Notes: a model not told the origin generated them from the sequence alone. DNA of 64,000 bases from Cyanidioschyzon merolae (GCA_000091205.1 AP006485.2), one strand, 5' to 3'; counted from the first letter of the stretch, positions 12,373-23,860 are shown. Numbers and translations: made by a program.

Positions 12373-15354
12373 TTAACCAGTGCGAGCGTAGAGTCCGCGT
12401 TCGTAACGAACGCAACCAGCGTCCAGCAATCTATTCAAACATGCCGCAACATCGCCGAGCGTCCCACGAAACGGTGGATCCGTACAGAACATGGTCAGCA
12501 TTTGGTGCATGCGCTCCAATGTCAGAGATTCGAAGTTGGCAAGCATGCCGAGAATATAGTTGCCAATCACCTCCTCGGTATTATCGTCCTTGTCTTGGAT
12601 CTTTTCGGTCGCAGGGCCAGGTACAGCGCTCAGCGCGTCTGCAATGGGATCTATCTGGGTAGCATCGATAGGAGACGCTTGCCATTCCCGCGTATTTGGC
12701 TCGGTTCCTCCGTGCTCAACGATTTCATAGAAATCACCTTCGTCGACGAGACGCAGGATTCCATGGCGAGACCAGAAACGGAGCGCGCCTTGGAGAAGCG
12801 CGTCATACGGCGGCAACGAAGATGCCGCATCAGGCGTAGCATCTCCGCCGGGTTCAAGCAGGAAAAGCTTCTGCCTGAGCGCATTCCGACTCCAGCGTGG
12901 TTGTTCAGCGAAAAGCTCCAAGAGCATTGCATTCAGAAGCGGGACGTTCGTAAACTCCACATGGCGGCCATCAGCAAATTCGAGCTCCAGATCGCAAACT
13001 CCTGCTACTGGAATCCAGTGCAGGACTCGGGGCGCTCGCTGGCGCGCGAAACTCTCCTGGCATAAGCGGATGAACTGCTCGAGATCCGCATTCAAGTGAT
13101 GGGCATAACTTTTGAGGGTTGCAAAGTACTCCGATCCGGTCAGATTCGGAGCAAGCAGCGACTGAGTGCGTTCAGGTGGCCCAAAGTGAGTCCCCGCCTC
13201 GGGGCACAGCAAAGGCCAATAGAGGTATGAGATGAACACTAGTTCTGTTTGCTGCTTGGAGTCTAGTTCCATGTGTTTTTCTTGGCGAATAAAATTCATG
13301 AAACGTCGGGAATCCGAGATATCCTTGAGCATAATGTCTGCATCGTTCAGGCTGGTCTCTCCGAGGCGGACCTTGAGCACCTCCAGGTTACGTACGAGAA
13401 GCTCAAACTCATAATCCATGACGGTGGTCAGTTTTCGTGCAAGGTAAAACTGAAACTCAGCTATGAAACGCTCCCGTCCTCCACACACACCCATGAGGAT
13501 GTGCAGGATATCGTGTTGGGCAAAACGATGCGCAATCTGTCCGCGGGTCTCCAGACCAGAGACGGAGAACATGCCATCGGACGAAGCTGGGTCGGCGTCC
13601 GTCTCTGACCTGCTATCGTCGGTATCGTCGGAGGAGGCATCCTCGAGGTGGGTATATGCATGGAACCTTGGGCCCGGACAATGATCTATTTGCTGTTGCT
13701 GTTGCTGTTGCTGCCCATTCAGGGCGAAAAGTTCCGCGTACTCGGGACTCGTGAACAGCTCCACCAGGCGCGTCATGGCTTCGGGGCACTGTCTACGCAA
13801 ATACTGTCGCACCAGGGTCGTAGCTCGCGCAAGCAGATATCCATGAGGATCAACCAGGAGCAAAGACTGTATCGTATTCACAAAATGGTGCAAGATATCA
13901 CTCGTAGAGGCACCAGGATGCAGGAGTCGTCGTTCCAGTTGGCTACACAAACTCTGGGTTGTTTCCTGGAGTGCATCTGTGCTCTCAAGGCACCGCCGTA
14001 TATCCAAAAGCGGTGCTTTTGAGGCTGGATATTCAACGATAAGATCAAAAAGCTGCGATAAGCGCGCATGGAGCAGCGTCTCATGGGTGAAATAACCTAC
14101 CTTGCGCTCAAACGCTGAACCACTGGTGGACTGCACGCCTTCTCTCATAGATATTTCAGCATCTGGAGGATCGAGCGGCATCACAGCTACCCATGGTTGT
14201 AGAAGCTTCTGGACCCATGCGAGCAGGTCGTCGAGAACGCCTTCGTGAAGCTCATCCCGCGCAAGCCGGTAAGCTCGCTCTTCAATAGACTCGTAGATCT
14301 GAACTACAACGAGGTCTCTCCATTGATCTAGGAGCCCCAGCACAGCAAGCTGCCTCTCGAGGTCCGCTAGCAGTAGTGGAACTGCTTGGGCGCAATCTCC
14401 TTCAGAGCGTAGGTGGCGCTGCTGTGCTCTCAGCGAGTCATACTGGCTGGGTACATGCCCGAGTTCGTCCGAGTTTCCTGTAACCACTTGTTCTTCAGCG
14501 TCCTGGAGCGCCCAAACAAACATACTGCGTACAAGGCGTCGCATCGCCGTTTGCGTCACTTGCTGTAGGATGACGGCCTGTGCATCGACGGAGAGCGCAC
14601 CCCGCCAGTAGAGCCGCCTAGATGGATCTAGACGCTCAGCCACGACGTCCATGACTTGAAGTGCTTGTTCGAGCAGTTCTGCAGCCTCCGCGATACACGC
14701 TCTCGTAGCCGCTGGGTCGAAGCTCGTCGGGGTGTCGCAGTCCGCAGTCCCGGTTAGACGCTTCCTCGAGTCGTTCCAGGGAGCGCAGGTGCTATGGGTG
14801 CACCCAAGCACCGGCTCCAGAAGCGCTTCCCAAACTTGTTCTCGCACGAATTCCTTCAAAAATAATACCGCATAGCGACAAAAAGGAACTGAGGCGCGTT
14901 GCGATGTAGACACGAGCCACCGGAGTGCATCCTTGAGCTGCTGCCTCTCCACAGTCGAGTGCTGCGTTGGGTGTCTTCGCTCCAGCAGTGCTTCCTGGAG
15001 ATGGTGCACTGCGGTCTCCCAAGCGTCAGGCAGTGATCGTGAGGTTTCTGGCAACTCCTGACTTGACTGCATCGCAGTCAGCGTCTCGTCAACGTTGCTC
15101 AGCGCAAGCGAACCGCCCGCAGCCGGCACCCGGAGCGACGCTCGTACCGGCTTGTGCTCAACGAGACCGCCTCCAGCGTGACTTTCTGACTTCCAGCGGT
15201 GTCGTTCCGGTGCTCTCACGGAAGGTGTCGGACAACAGTTCACCGTTTGGAACCAAGTTGCTCCGTTGACGCTCGAGCCGGTGCTCGATAACGTCCTCAC
15301 CTGAACCAAAGCGTGCAAACGAGTCGTTACGTTCCGGCTCGGCCGGGCAGGCAC
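12373..15354 (-). CDS. Anaphase-promoting complex subunit 2 (APC2)-like cullin-homology protein
   Basis: 993-aa ORF. The C-terminal '...VIGNYILGMLANFESLTLERMHQMLTMFCTDPP...LNRLLDAGCVRYERGLYARTG' matches the APC2 C-terminal winged-helix domain; upstream is cullin-repeat-like helical sequence. Contains an internal polyQ (Q8) tract. Confidence 0.55.
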   Translation of the reverse strand: MPARPSRNVTTRLHALVQVRTLSSTGSSVNGATWFQTVNCCPTPSVRAPERHRWKSESHAGGGLVEHKPVRASLRVPAAGGSLALSNVDETLTAMQSSQELPETSRSLPDAWETAVHHLQEALLERRHPTQHSTVERQQLKDALRWLVSTSQRASVPFCRYAVLFLKEFVREQVWEALLEPVLGCTHSTCAPWNDSRKRLTGTADCDTPTSFDPAATRACIAEAAELLEQALQVMDVVAERLDPSRRLYWRGALSVDAQAVILQQVTQTAMRRLVRSMFVWALQDAEEQVVTGNSDELGHVPSQYDSLRAQQRHLRSEGDCAQAVPLLLADLERQLAVLGLLDQWRDLVVVQIYESIEERAYRLARDELHEGVLDDLLAWVQKLLQPWVAVMPLDPPDAEISMREGVQSTSGSAFERKVGYFTHETLLHARLSQLFDLIVEYPASKAPLLDIRRCLESTDALQETTQSLCSQLERRLLHPGASTSDILHHFVNTIQSLLLVDPHGYLLARATTLVRQYLRRQCPEAMTRLVELFTSPEYAELFALNGQQQQQQQQIDHCPGPRFHAYTHLEDASSDDTDDSRSETDADPASSDGMFSVSGLETRGQIAHRFAQHDILHILMGVCGGRERFIAEFQFYLARKLTTVMDYEFELLVRNLEVLKVRLGETSLNDADIMLKDISDSRRFMNFIRQEKHMELDSKQQTELVFISYLYWPLLCPEAGTHFGPPERTQSLLAPNLTGSEYFATLKSYAHHLNADLEQFIRLCQESFARQRAPRVLHWIPVAGVCDLELEFADGRHVEFTNVPLLNAMLLELFAEQPRWSRNALRQKLFLLEPGGDATPDAASSLPPYDALLQGALRFWSRHGILRLVDEGDFYEIVEHGGTEPNTREWQASPIDATQIDPIADALSAVPGPATEKIQDKDDNTEEVIGNYILGMLANFESLTLERMHQMLTMFCTDPPFRGTLGDVAACLNRLLDAGCVRYERGLYARTG

Positions 15355-15672
15355 GCCGGAGCAGCGTTTCGGGCGCTATACCAAGCAGCGTGCCTTGCCT
15401 GTAGCGATCCTTCGATCTGATAGTTCATCTGCTTTTACTACCTATATAGAGGTGGTTACTCGTCACGTGCGTGAAGCAGCGCACAGTGCCGCTCATTAGC
15501 AACGCTGGACAGCGGCTCGGCTGAACGTTCCGGGTTCCTGGTACCCGACACGAGGTCGGTTGTTCGCACCCAGCTGTGGGGAACCGCCCGCTAACCGCTG
15601 ACGTTCGAGTCTCGTTGTGTACAGTTTCCTTAAGTAAGATTGTTGAATCTTGCTCGCACTCGTTAGAACGGC

Positions 15673-16494
15673 GTGCTCAACGCTGAAGCGTTTGGACGGG
15701 TTTCGCTTTTGCGGTACGTAGGTCAGCGATTGCTTTACCGTTGCCCTATGGAAGAAGCTACCGACGACCACGTGGAGCGTGTGGTACACATACCTGTCAG
15801 TCCAAGTGTCACTTTGCAGGCATGGTTGTTCCAGAGCAGAAGCGCTGGTGCTTCCGAACGAGGAGTCGTACTGATGCATCCCCATCCGAAACTCGGCGGT
15901 GACGCTCGTTCGAACAACGTCATGAGTGTGCTGTGTACGAGCCTGGCCAGCTCGAAAAACTATGCCCTTACTGTGCTTTCTTTCAACTCACGCGGGCATG
16001 GCGGATCAACAGGTACCGCAACCTGGCGAGGTGAAGCGGAGCGGGAGGATGTTCTCGGCGCGGCACGTTGGCTTCACGCGCGTCTTGGTGACTCGTCGGC
16101 GATCATCATCATCGGCTACTCGTTTGGTGCAGCGGTCTGTAGTTCCGCCATAGGGCAGCTGTGCAAGAATGCTGGCGGCGTACCGCCCTGGCTAGCTGCA
16201 CTGGTGGTGATCTCGTATCCGGCAGGCTTTCTCTCCCGACTCGTTTTGGGTTGTCACCTGGAGCCCACAAAATATGTCACTGTGCCCAAACTCTTCATTC
16301 ACGGTGGTAGGGATCAGTTTTGCTCCTCCGGAACGTTTGAGTGGTTGTTTGCGCAGGTTCAAGAACCCAAAGATCGTGTGTTTTTCCCTGAGGCAGATCA
16401 TTTTTGGGTTGGCATGGAGGATGAGTTGGCGCACACGGTGTGTATGTGGCTGCAAAGTTGTCTCGCTCGTCGAAATTTACGTAACTCTCAATGA
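15673..16494 (+). CDS. Alpha/beta-hydrolase fold protein (serine hydrolase)
   Basis: 273-aa ORF. 'VVLMHPHPKLGGDARSN' acyl-pocket-like segment, 'IIIGYSFGAAV' GxSxG nucleophile elbow and a downstream 'DHFW' His-containing segment. Confidence 0.45.
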   Translation: MLNAEAFGRVSLLRYVGQRLLYRCPMEEATDDHVERVVHIPVSPSVTLQAWLFQSRSAGASERGVVLMHPHPKLGGDARSNNVMSVLCTSLASSKNYALTVLSFNSRGHGGSTGTATWRGEAEREDVLGAARWLHARLGDSSAIIIIGYSFGAAVCSSAIGQLCKNAGGVPPWLAALVVISYPAGFLSRLVLGCHLEPTKYVTVPKLFIHGGRDQFCSSGTFEWLFAQVQEPKDRVFFPEADHFWVGMEDELAHTVCMWLQSCLARRNLRNSQ

Positions 16495-19400
16495 AAAGCA
16501 CCGCTCATCATGCTATTGCATCACGATTCTGCTTCTTTGAATCCGGTGGAATCGGGGCTTTTTAGTAGCTCGTGCATCCTGTTTTGGTGTTGCTGTTGCT
16601 GTTGCTCCTGGGATTCTAGCTATGTCTTCGGCGCTGTAATGACTGGTTCGTGAACGGAGAACAAATGGAGTGAGCATTCGAATGACCCGAGCACATTCCC
16701 TTTCCGACAATTGGCATTGCAGGTCCTGTGAAATTTTCCACATGTGCCACTGGTCTGAAGCTATCACGTGATGCGTGAAGGCGGGACCTCGTCAACGACA
16801 TGCGAGCGTCCTTTGGGTGAATACCCGCTGATACCGCTCAGGCGTTTGCGTGTCGTGCGACTGCCAGTTATGCGGTATTCCCTGCAGCCGTGACTGCTTC
16901 TGGTACAACGCCAACAGCTGGTTCTGCCTGCGCTGTCGTTGGTCACGTCTACCATGAATGCTTGTTCACTAACTGCCCGTTCATATGCGCGTCATGCTGG
17001 AGCAACCGCCAGAGCTAGCCCTAACGTTGCTCGCGTTCGCCATGAATACTGCTTAATCACCGTTGCGTTCACTAGGACATACTGCACTAGTTACCAGCAG
17101 TGCTGCGTTGGCTGTCGCTTGCTTCCACCGCTACTTCTGCTTCAGCTTCTTCGCAATCGAGTTTGCATAGTACAGCAGCGACCGCGGGCGCTGCCCCTGC
17201 TCTCGCGAGCGTCGAGCGTGGCTGCGCTATGGGCATGTTCGCGTTCGGATGCGCGTAGTATAGCTACATCTTCTGTTGCATGCCAAACGTCGCACGGCGT
17301 CCCAGCTTCCAAAGCAACTGATACGTGATGTTTAGGAAGCATCTGGTTGGGGTACGCGTCGAACTTCGATTGCCGTATCCGTACGCTTCGTCGGCGCAGA
17401 CACAATGCGCTCCCACGGCGTCTCCGTTTTCATGGACTTCTTCTCGTTCGCCCGGGTAATGCTGCATCCTGCATAAATATGCTTGTGCCTCTGAAACTCC
17501 TAGTGCAGTCGTAGAAAATCCGGGTCAGCATGGTGTAGCATCCCCGACATCCTACAGACAACAACGAAGCACTTCATGGAGGTCTTTCTGAACCACGAAT
17601 AACGGAGTAAATGCGTCTCATGCATCCTCAGAGGATCAAGAGCATCTCCAAACAAACGTCTGGCGCTGCGCGACGTCCATCGAAGAACTCCTGCCATACG
17701 GCAAACTACACAAAAGTATGCCGATCACATCCTTCGTATTACTTTCCAGGAATCATATTCGAACGAACCCTCTAATATCTGTCGTACGATATCGGGGCTT
17801 GATGCCCGCATCGCGAGATTCTGAAGAGAAGCGAGCGCGTTGCGAGCGCACCACGGAAACAGCGCGACGGGACACGTCACCGGACAGATTATTCCATTTA
17901 TGTCGCATATCTGATATTTGCAGCACGATGCATGACGCCTGCACGCAGCGCGATTCCCGCCTGAGACACGTGTCTGGATATCCCTTCTGGCGGCAGATCG
18001 ATTTCTCTAACAGGATTCTCACCGATGCGTCGTTGCTTTCACTTACCTGGAAAATAAGCCAACGATCTTATGCATCCGGCAACACAGATCACTTCATGTA
18101 CAGAAGTTCCATCAGTGATAGAGGTTGGATTGAGATCCACGATCCTGTCTGGGTGCGGGTACCCAGCGCAGGTGCTTGTTACGACACTGGATGCGCAATC
18201 ATCGCCCCCGTCATTGCCGGTTGGAAACCGTTCGACGAGCTATTGCCTTGGCGGGAGGCGGCTCATGGTACGTGCGTTGAATGCGCTGGTGCCTCATCTA
18301 CTCCATGTCAGAATAAATTGGAACAGGTCCCCTATCTCGGGCGTACGCGCCCATGTTCAGATCTCTCCCAATTGTCATGAATACCCAGCTTTGGAAGCAT
18401 TTTCGGCGCCTGCTCCCTCATCCACGCTCTTGTCTCTGGCCTTGCATATGCCGGTCTTCCATGTCGACAGTGCTGTTGCAAGCAGTCAAGGGATGTAGGT
18501 GAAAGCGTACGAGGCCCAATTTCGCCGCCTTAGGTTGTTGTCCGAGCATACCTTGGAGAGGCGGAGGTTGCAATGTACGGATCCTTTGTGTATATACGGC
18601 ATCTGTGCGCCCTTCGCACCAGTGACACTTGGCCGTGGTCATGCGTTCGTGACTCTCGACCGCATGTTCTTCTCTGAAGCACGCCCTGTTGCGTGGTACG
18701 GCTCCAGAAGGCTCCCTTGGATGCAGTCCTGCGTTTGGGCACTTGGCTTGGCACCCCGTGATCCTAGGCTTTCACCGGGATCTCCATCCGGCGAGCTCAC
18801 TGTCCGCTGCACGCGCAAGCGCACGCTGTTCCATTTATGATGGGTTTTCGGACCTCGATTTTGTCCATAATGGCACCAGTACCGTAGGGAATATCCAGGT
18901 AGGAGAACAAGTCGAGCACTGTCGAACGGTATACGCTCTGTTCTTGCAACGCGATACTGCACCCTGCACTGGGTGAGATCGCTGTGATGACACAAGTCCG
19001 AGTCCAGGATGCTTTTCGACATTAACGGACTAGACGACAGCATCTGGGACATGTCCCGCGAGAAGCATCATGCTGGTGCTGTCGAAAGCCATGTTGTGGA
19101 TAGCCAAAAATGTAGAGGTGGATACGCCATTCGAACAATGCCTTGAAAAAAAGGTAACTTGAAGAATGCGTGATTTGAGCGATCTACAAGTTAGTAAAGA
19201 AGAGTACTGGGTGCTTGTATGTATGGATTCGATCATGATTTGGGTCATTTGGAGAACTCTTGTTCGAGGATGTCACGAATCGTCTTCATTCCGGTTTCAT
19301 CATTAATCCTAGAGGCAGGACTTCGATATGGCTTCTCTAAAAACTCCAACGCGAATCCTGAACCAACGTGCAAATCCGTAGGCTCTTTTAGCAGCACGTC

Positions 19401-20599
19401 GAGAATCGAGATTGCATACAGAGAAAGTTCGGATATCGCCAAAAAACCAGGAAAGGAGCAAGTGTTCAAGCGCTCTCTCATATTCTGACTGATGTATTGC
19501 ATGTCTCCCGAGGCGCACTCAACGCCTGTCGGTTCACCGTCGAAATGGAATGTGTTTGTAGAGTTATGCAAGCTCTCCCGGTGATGCACATGATTTGGCC
19601 CTCATGCCCGCCTCTGGTCTTTCAACTCAGTATTGTTTCACCCCTGCTGTGGTGTATGGCAGGCGATCGAAATCCCGATGCAAAGCACTGGAGAGATCGT
19701 GGACGAACTGCCTGTAGGATATGTATTCTTCATTGAACAGTTCAAGGAGGAATGCATTCCTGCTTCCAGTCGGTCATACCGTAGTTCTCAGATAGTTGGC
19801 GAGCGACGACAGAAATAAGCTTAGAGGATCCGCCCCAAAACTGGTATTGACAAAGACTGCCTGCAGTCGATGGTAGATAACGACCCGTTGATCACGTTAC
19901 GGAAAGCAAAAGCGACTCTAGCAGACACATCGGCATGTCTGTGTGTCAACAGCTAGTTGGTGCCGTCCTGAAATCGCTCGGATACCGTCGCAAAAACAGA
20001 GTCCTAGTTCATTCACGGCCATCTTCCATTGAAGTCGCAACGACAGCCTTCTTCCTGGAACGTCGCGATCGGTATGATCCAAAAAGACGTCGGTTCGTTT
20101 TTCCACTCGATGAGACATGTTACGGAAGAAACGGTCAGAGCGTATATGTGTGTTCGCAGAAATGTCCCGTAGTGTGCACTATCGAGCTCGAAGAGATCTA
20201 TGACATCATCATCTGATCTAGCTGCAGTGGATTCCATTTGCGGCCTCAGTTCTTTTCTCTCGTAGAGAAGGCTCATACAACAGCACCCTCTTTTTGTCGA
20301 GTCATCGAAGACTGTTCCCCTGGTGTCTGGCGACGTCCTCCTATTAAAGGACATGTTATTTCACTATTCGCGTTACGGTCGAGCTGTTGCAGACTGTATT
20401 GGTTAGAGCTGGTTTCATTCCTCCGTACTCTGCGTCGTTCAATTCCGTCGAAGGAGCGTTTTCCATCGTGAGACGTAATGATCGTTTCACTGAGCGAATT
20501 GATGAAGCATTCAGCACACGGTGACATACCGGGGCTTTTTTTCTTTCTGCCTCAATTGCTGCTCGATGCGGGAAGGTCCTTATCTCTGGCTATAAACAA

Positions 20600-21045
20600 G
20601 TGCGTTCATTTTCGAAAACCACTAAGAGATGAGCTTGGATATATACTCTAGGACGTCGAGTTGTAGAGAGAGGGATGCGCAGGGCTTCTGCGATAGACTA
20701 ATACGGAGAGCTGGCAGAGCACCAAGTTCCAATGAGGACGCGAGTTCGAGGAATCCCTGCACTGGTGAGAACAACAAGACGCATCAAACGCATGGAGGTT
20801 ATGAAGCGAAACTTCGATGCCACCGTCAACGTCAGACGATGCTTGGTGCTGAAGACGATACCCGAGGAGCTGACGCGATCTACCCCTGTGGGATGGCGTC
20901 TCAGGCTCGAAATTTGCAAGGAGAAACTGAAACAGATAGCAGACGGCGGGTCAATCAAAACCGGGAGGCGTCTGCGGGCCGGTATCAATTTACCTTCCAT
21001 GCTCGTGGGACATTTTTTGTTTCACTGACATGCAAAGTCACCGTT
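20600..21045 (+). pseudogene. C-terminal fragment of a TnpB/Fanzor-like nuclease (copy B) with an in-frame stop and a mutated RuvC-III Asp
   Basis: Frame containing '...TLGRRVVERGMRRASAID*YGELAEHQVPMRTRVRGIPALVRTTRRIKRMEVMKRNFDATVNVRRCLVLKTIPEELTRS...KLKQIADGGSIKTGRRLRAG' is collinear with copy D ('CTLQTVVLEGSQRGASAIEKYGELKQHQMALKARVRGQLALVSSTRGYKRMEFANQDSNAAINIRKC...'). The TAA stop at 20699-20701 replaces a Lys codon. Confidence 0.6.
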
Positions 21046-21569
21046 AGCTAGCAGGCGCTATGCATCAGTAGCTATAGACATGCAGGGGCTACTCCTAAGA
21101 AAGTTCTGGCGCCGAAGATCCAACTTGCAGTCTATTGCGTACCAGTGCAGAGGCCACACGATGACCAGAGTCTTCTGTTACGCCGAGGCTGACGATCATC
21201 GTGTTTTATATTGCAAATACCTTTGAGCCGGTTCCAACGGACGAACTTGACACAAACTCGATAGGCGCCGCTGCATACACTGATTCGTCGAGAGCCCCGT
21301 GAGGCGCGTTCCTCACGAGCCAGCATTGCGGCAGGTTTCGTCCAGAGCGTCCACCATCAAACTCTATCACTGACCATGAAGACGGGCTTACATAAGTTCA
21401 TCGATACCTCGTTTTCTCAAGCTACGGAAGGAACAAGCTGGAAACGAAAGCGTAACGGTTCGAGGTCAGCGCATGCCCGGCAGTGAACACTTCCCAGCAA
21501 GCAGCGAACACAGCGACGCGTTCAGGCAACGTCTGCGACAGGTCTTGAAGAAAACGGTACCGATCGATG

Positions 21570-23819
21570 CTATGCATCATCATAGCGACAGATTTCGAGC
21601 TCAGGGTCAAAATAAGCGAGCCCAGCTGCCTCCAGGCGTTCTTGCTTCGCAGCAAGCCCCTTGATCCAGTTGTTGTGCAGGATCGCAGCCGCAGGGGCGC
21701 CCTGGTCCGCCCTGTTCTGCACCCAATACGTCCAGTTTGCTCCATTGCGAAAGACTCGCGGATCCAGAAAATGCGTATAGAGATCTCCATTGAAACATGT
21801 TTTGTTGTCAAGCCGATATTCACCGTGTTCTCCGCAGAGCACATCGTAGAATGATGGCTGCTCTGAGAGCTGCGAAGAAGCGGCATGCTCCAGGATGCGA
21901 CTCAAACCTGTCACCGTTGACGCAGAGCTTACCGCGTAATAGAAACCAGAATTCAGGCGACGTATACCGTTCCACGCCTGGTCCGGATCCGGCTCATTAC
22001 TCTGGAACCACACGCTCCGACCGCTGATGTTCGGTGGCGCAGCGTCGCGTGCCCGCAGCAGCTCTGGACGAACGTCACGAAACCAGGTAATATCGACATC
22101 ACTCCAGAGGACGTCATGCCCCCGTCGTAATATCTCATACACGTGTCGGGACTTGAGCTTCGAGCGGTGCCGAAAACAGGCGCTACCGAAAGCGCACTGT
22201 AGCGAATGTCGATATTGCGAATCGATTAGGGCTGGTTCCAGGTACACAGCCAAGCCTCGTGCATATGCGTATCGATAGAGGTCTTCGTCTAGCGCAGCGA
22301 CAAGCAATTTGTGAATGCGTAAACGACGCAAATTACAGACAAAGTTCATGAGCAGGAAGCGATACTCGTAGGTTGCGGCAGTCATGATCACAAGATTGGT
22401 CATCGGATCCACGACCTCCTTCAGCAATGCATCCAGCTGATGAGCAAGCTTGCCCTGAAGCGGCAGGCGGTAATCGCCAGCCTCTTCGAGGCTGCGCGAG
22501 CCACACTGCCACCATTTGTTCTCGCGGAGCACTGGATCCGTTTGTGTTCGAGGTGCAGTATTGCTGTACTCGCAGAGGCAACGCGCTGGGAAACGACGCT
22601 GTATCACACAGTACTCGTGTTCCAGGCACGGAACCAGTTTGAAGGGCGCGTGCAGCGGTGTGCCCAGTTGGCTTTCATAGGATCCGTATGCCAGCGCCAA
22701 ATGAACATTCAGAAAAGCCTCCCACGAGTGACGTTTGTTGTTCGTCCAAAAATTCCCACTCGTCGACGCATCCTCAACTTGAAGATGTGGATATGCGTGG
22801 CGAACGTGAACCAGTGTGGCGGCCTCCGTGATGTCCACAGTGAGGTTCCAGCGACGCGTCTGCAAGATTTCATGAAAGAGCCAATTATCGTACTTACCTC
22901 GGCCGAAAACGAAGCTCGGAATCCGCACTCCGATCACAGACCGATTTCCGGAGCTTGAAGCGTCGCTATCCAGCAAGTCCTGATACGAGCGCAGCGACCA
23001 TGCGAACAGATCAATGCCTCCGTAGCTGTGCAGTGTGCCGTGTTCCTGTGCGAAGGCCTCTCGGCTGTTGCCCGGGTGCAGGACGTCGACGTCCCATCGT
23101 GCGGCAACAGCGAAAAATTCCGGTGACAAAGCCAAGAGTTTTGCGAATATTTGCGGCAGATTCCGCGGCAGGTGCACGTCGGCGTTCACCAGAAGCCCAA
23201 CTACCAGCCTTGCCGATGCACCGAGACCTCGTAGTGCCAGTCGCGGTTGCAGCGCGAATGCACGATGTACCATTGCGTTGAAAAGCGGAACACCCCGGAA
23301 GTTCACGTCAATGTTGCAATCGACTGTCGCATTCCAATGGTGTGCAAGCTGCTCCAGACCTGGATCGCAGCCCTGAAAGACGATTTTGGGTGTTGGTTCC
23401 AGGTCCATCCAGGATGCAATGGCCTGTGCCTGACGCGATATCTCCGAAACTTGCGCATCCGGCCTCATGGTGGTGAAGATGACGAGTTGCGGCAGGAGCT
23501 GTGCCTCCTGCGCATGCTCGTCGCCTACACTGGTCCTATTCCGCGTCCTGGCTTGTTCGAGGAAGTTTTCCGTGGTCTCCTTGGGTGACTCCTTGCCATC
23601 CAGAGATAGGAGAGCGTTTCGCTCCGCTAGTTTTTGTCGTTGTCGCGGCATAGTTATCCAAAGGCAACCCCAAAGCACTAAACCTAGCATAATAATACCA
23701 GTAAGACGACGCGGGCACAGCCTATACCGTGCAGAACGGAACCACTTGTGCTCGGAGTGCTCACGGCAGGTGAGCAAACCCCTCAAAGCCGCTTCCCGAG
23801 CACGCGAACTCTTCGACAT
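21570..23819 (-). CDS. Type-II membrane glycosyltransferase with nucleotide-diphospho-sugar transferase (PF03407-like) domains; the ORF is open up to 24233 but the start at 23819 is preferred
   Basis: Long ORF. After 'MSKSSRAREAALRG...' comes a single TM helix 'GIIMLGLVLWGCLWI', then 'VIMTAATYEYRFLLMNFVCNLRRLRIHKLLVAALDEDLYRYA' resembling arabinosyltransferase-like nucleotide-sugar transferase domains, and a second related C-terminal domain. The longer 24233 start would overlap the divergent neighbour. Confidence 0.5.
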   Translation of the reverse strand: MSKSSRAREAALRGLLTCREHSEHKWFRSARYRLCPRRLTGIIMLGLVLWGCLWITMPRQRQKLAERNALLSLDGKESPKETTENFLEQARTRNRTSVGDEHAQEAQLLPQLVIFTTMRPDAQVSEISRQAQAIASWMDLEPTPKIVFQGCDPGLEQLAHHWNATVDCNIDVNFRGVPLFNAMVHRAFALQPRLALRGLGASARLVVGLLVNADVHLPRNLPQIFAKLLALSPEFFAVAARWDVDVLHPGNSREAFAQEHGTLHSYGGIDLFAWSLRSYQDLLDSDASSSGNRSVIGVRIPSFVFGRGKYDNWLFHEILQTRRWNLTVDITEAATLVHVRHAYPHLQVEDASTSGNFWTNNKRHSWEAFLNVHLALAYGSYESQLGTPLHAPFKLVPCLEHEYCVIQRRFPARCLCEYSNTAPRTQTDPVLRENKWWQCGSRSLEEAGDYRLPLQGKLAHQLDALLKEVVDPMTNLVIMTAATYEYRFLLMNFVCNLRRLRIHKLLVAALDEDLYRYAYARGLAVYLEPALIDSQYRHSLQCAFGSACFRHRSKLKSRHVYEILRRGHDVLWSDVDITWFRDVRPELLRARDAAPPNISGRSVWFQSNEPDPDQAWNGIRRLNSGFYYAVSSASTVTGLSRILEHAASSQLSEQPSFYDVLCGEHGEYRLDNKTCFNGDLYTHFLDPRVFRNGANWTYWVQNRADQGAPAAAILHNNWIKGLAAKQERLEAAGLAYFDPELEICRYDDA

Positions 23820-23860
23820 AACCCTTCGGTGGGAGCTGCTCTTCTGCACCACCGAAGCCT

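Noticed and set aside
12349-13065. Long antisense and overlapping ORFs inside large genes (e.g. 12349-13065 +, 37504-38046 +, 44683-45336 +, 6160-6648 -, 3753-4280 -, 33024-33581 -)
   Set aside because: These are expected open frames on the opposite strand of GC-rich coding sequence. They have biased, low-complexity composition and no motifs, and they fully overlap well-supported genes.
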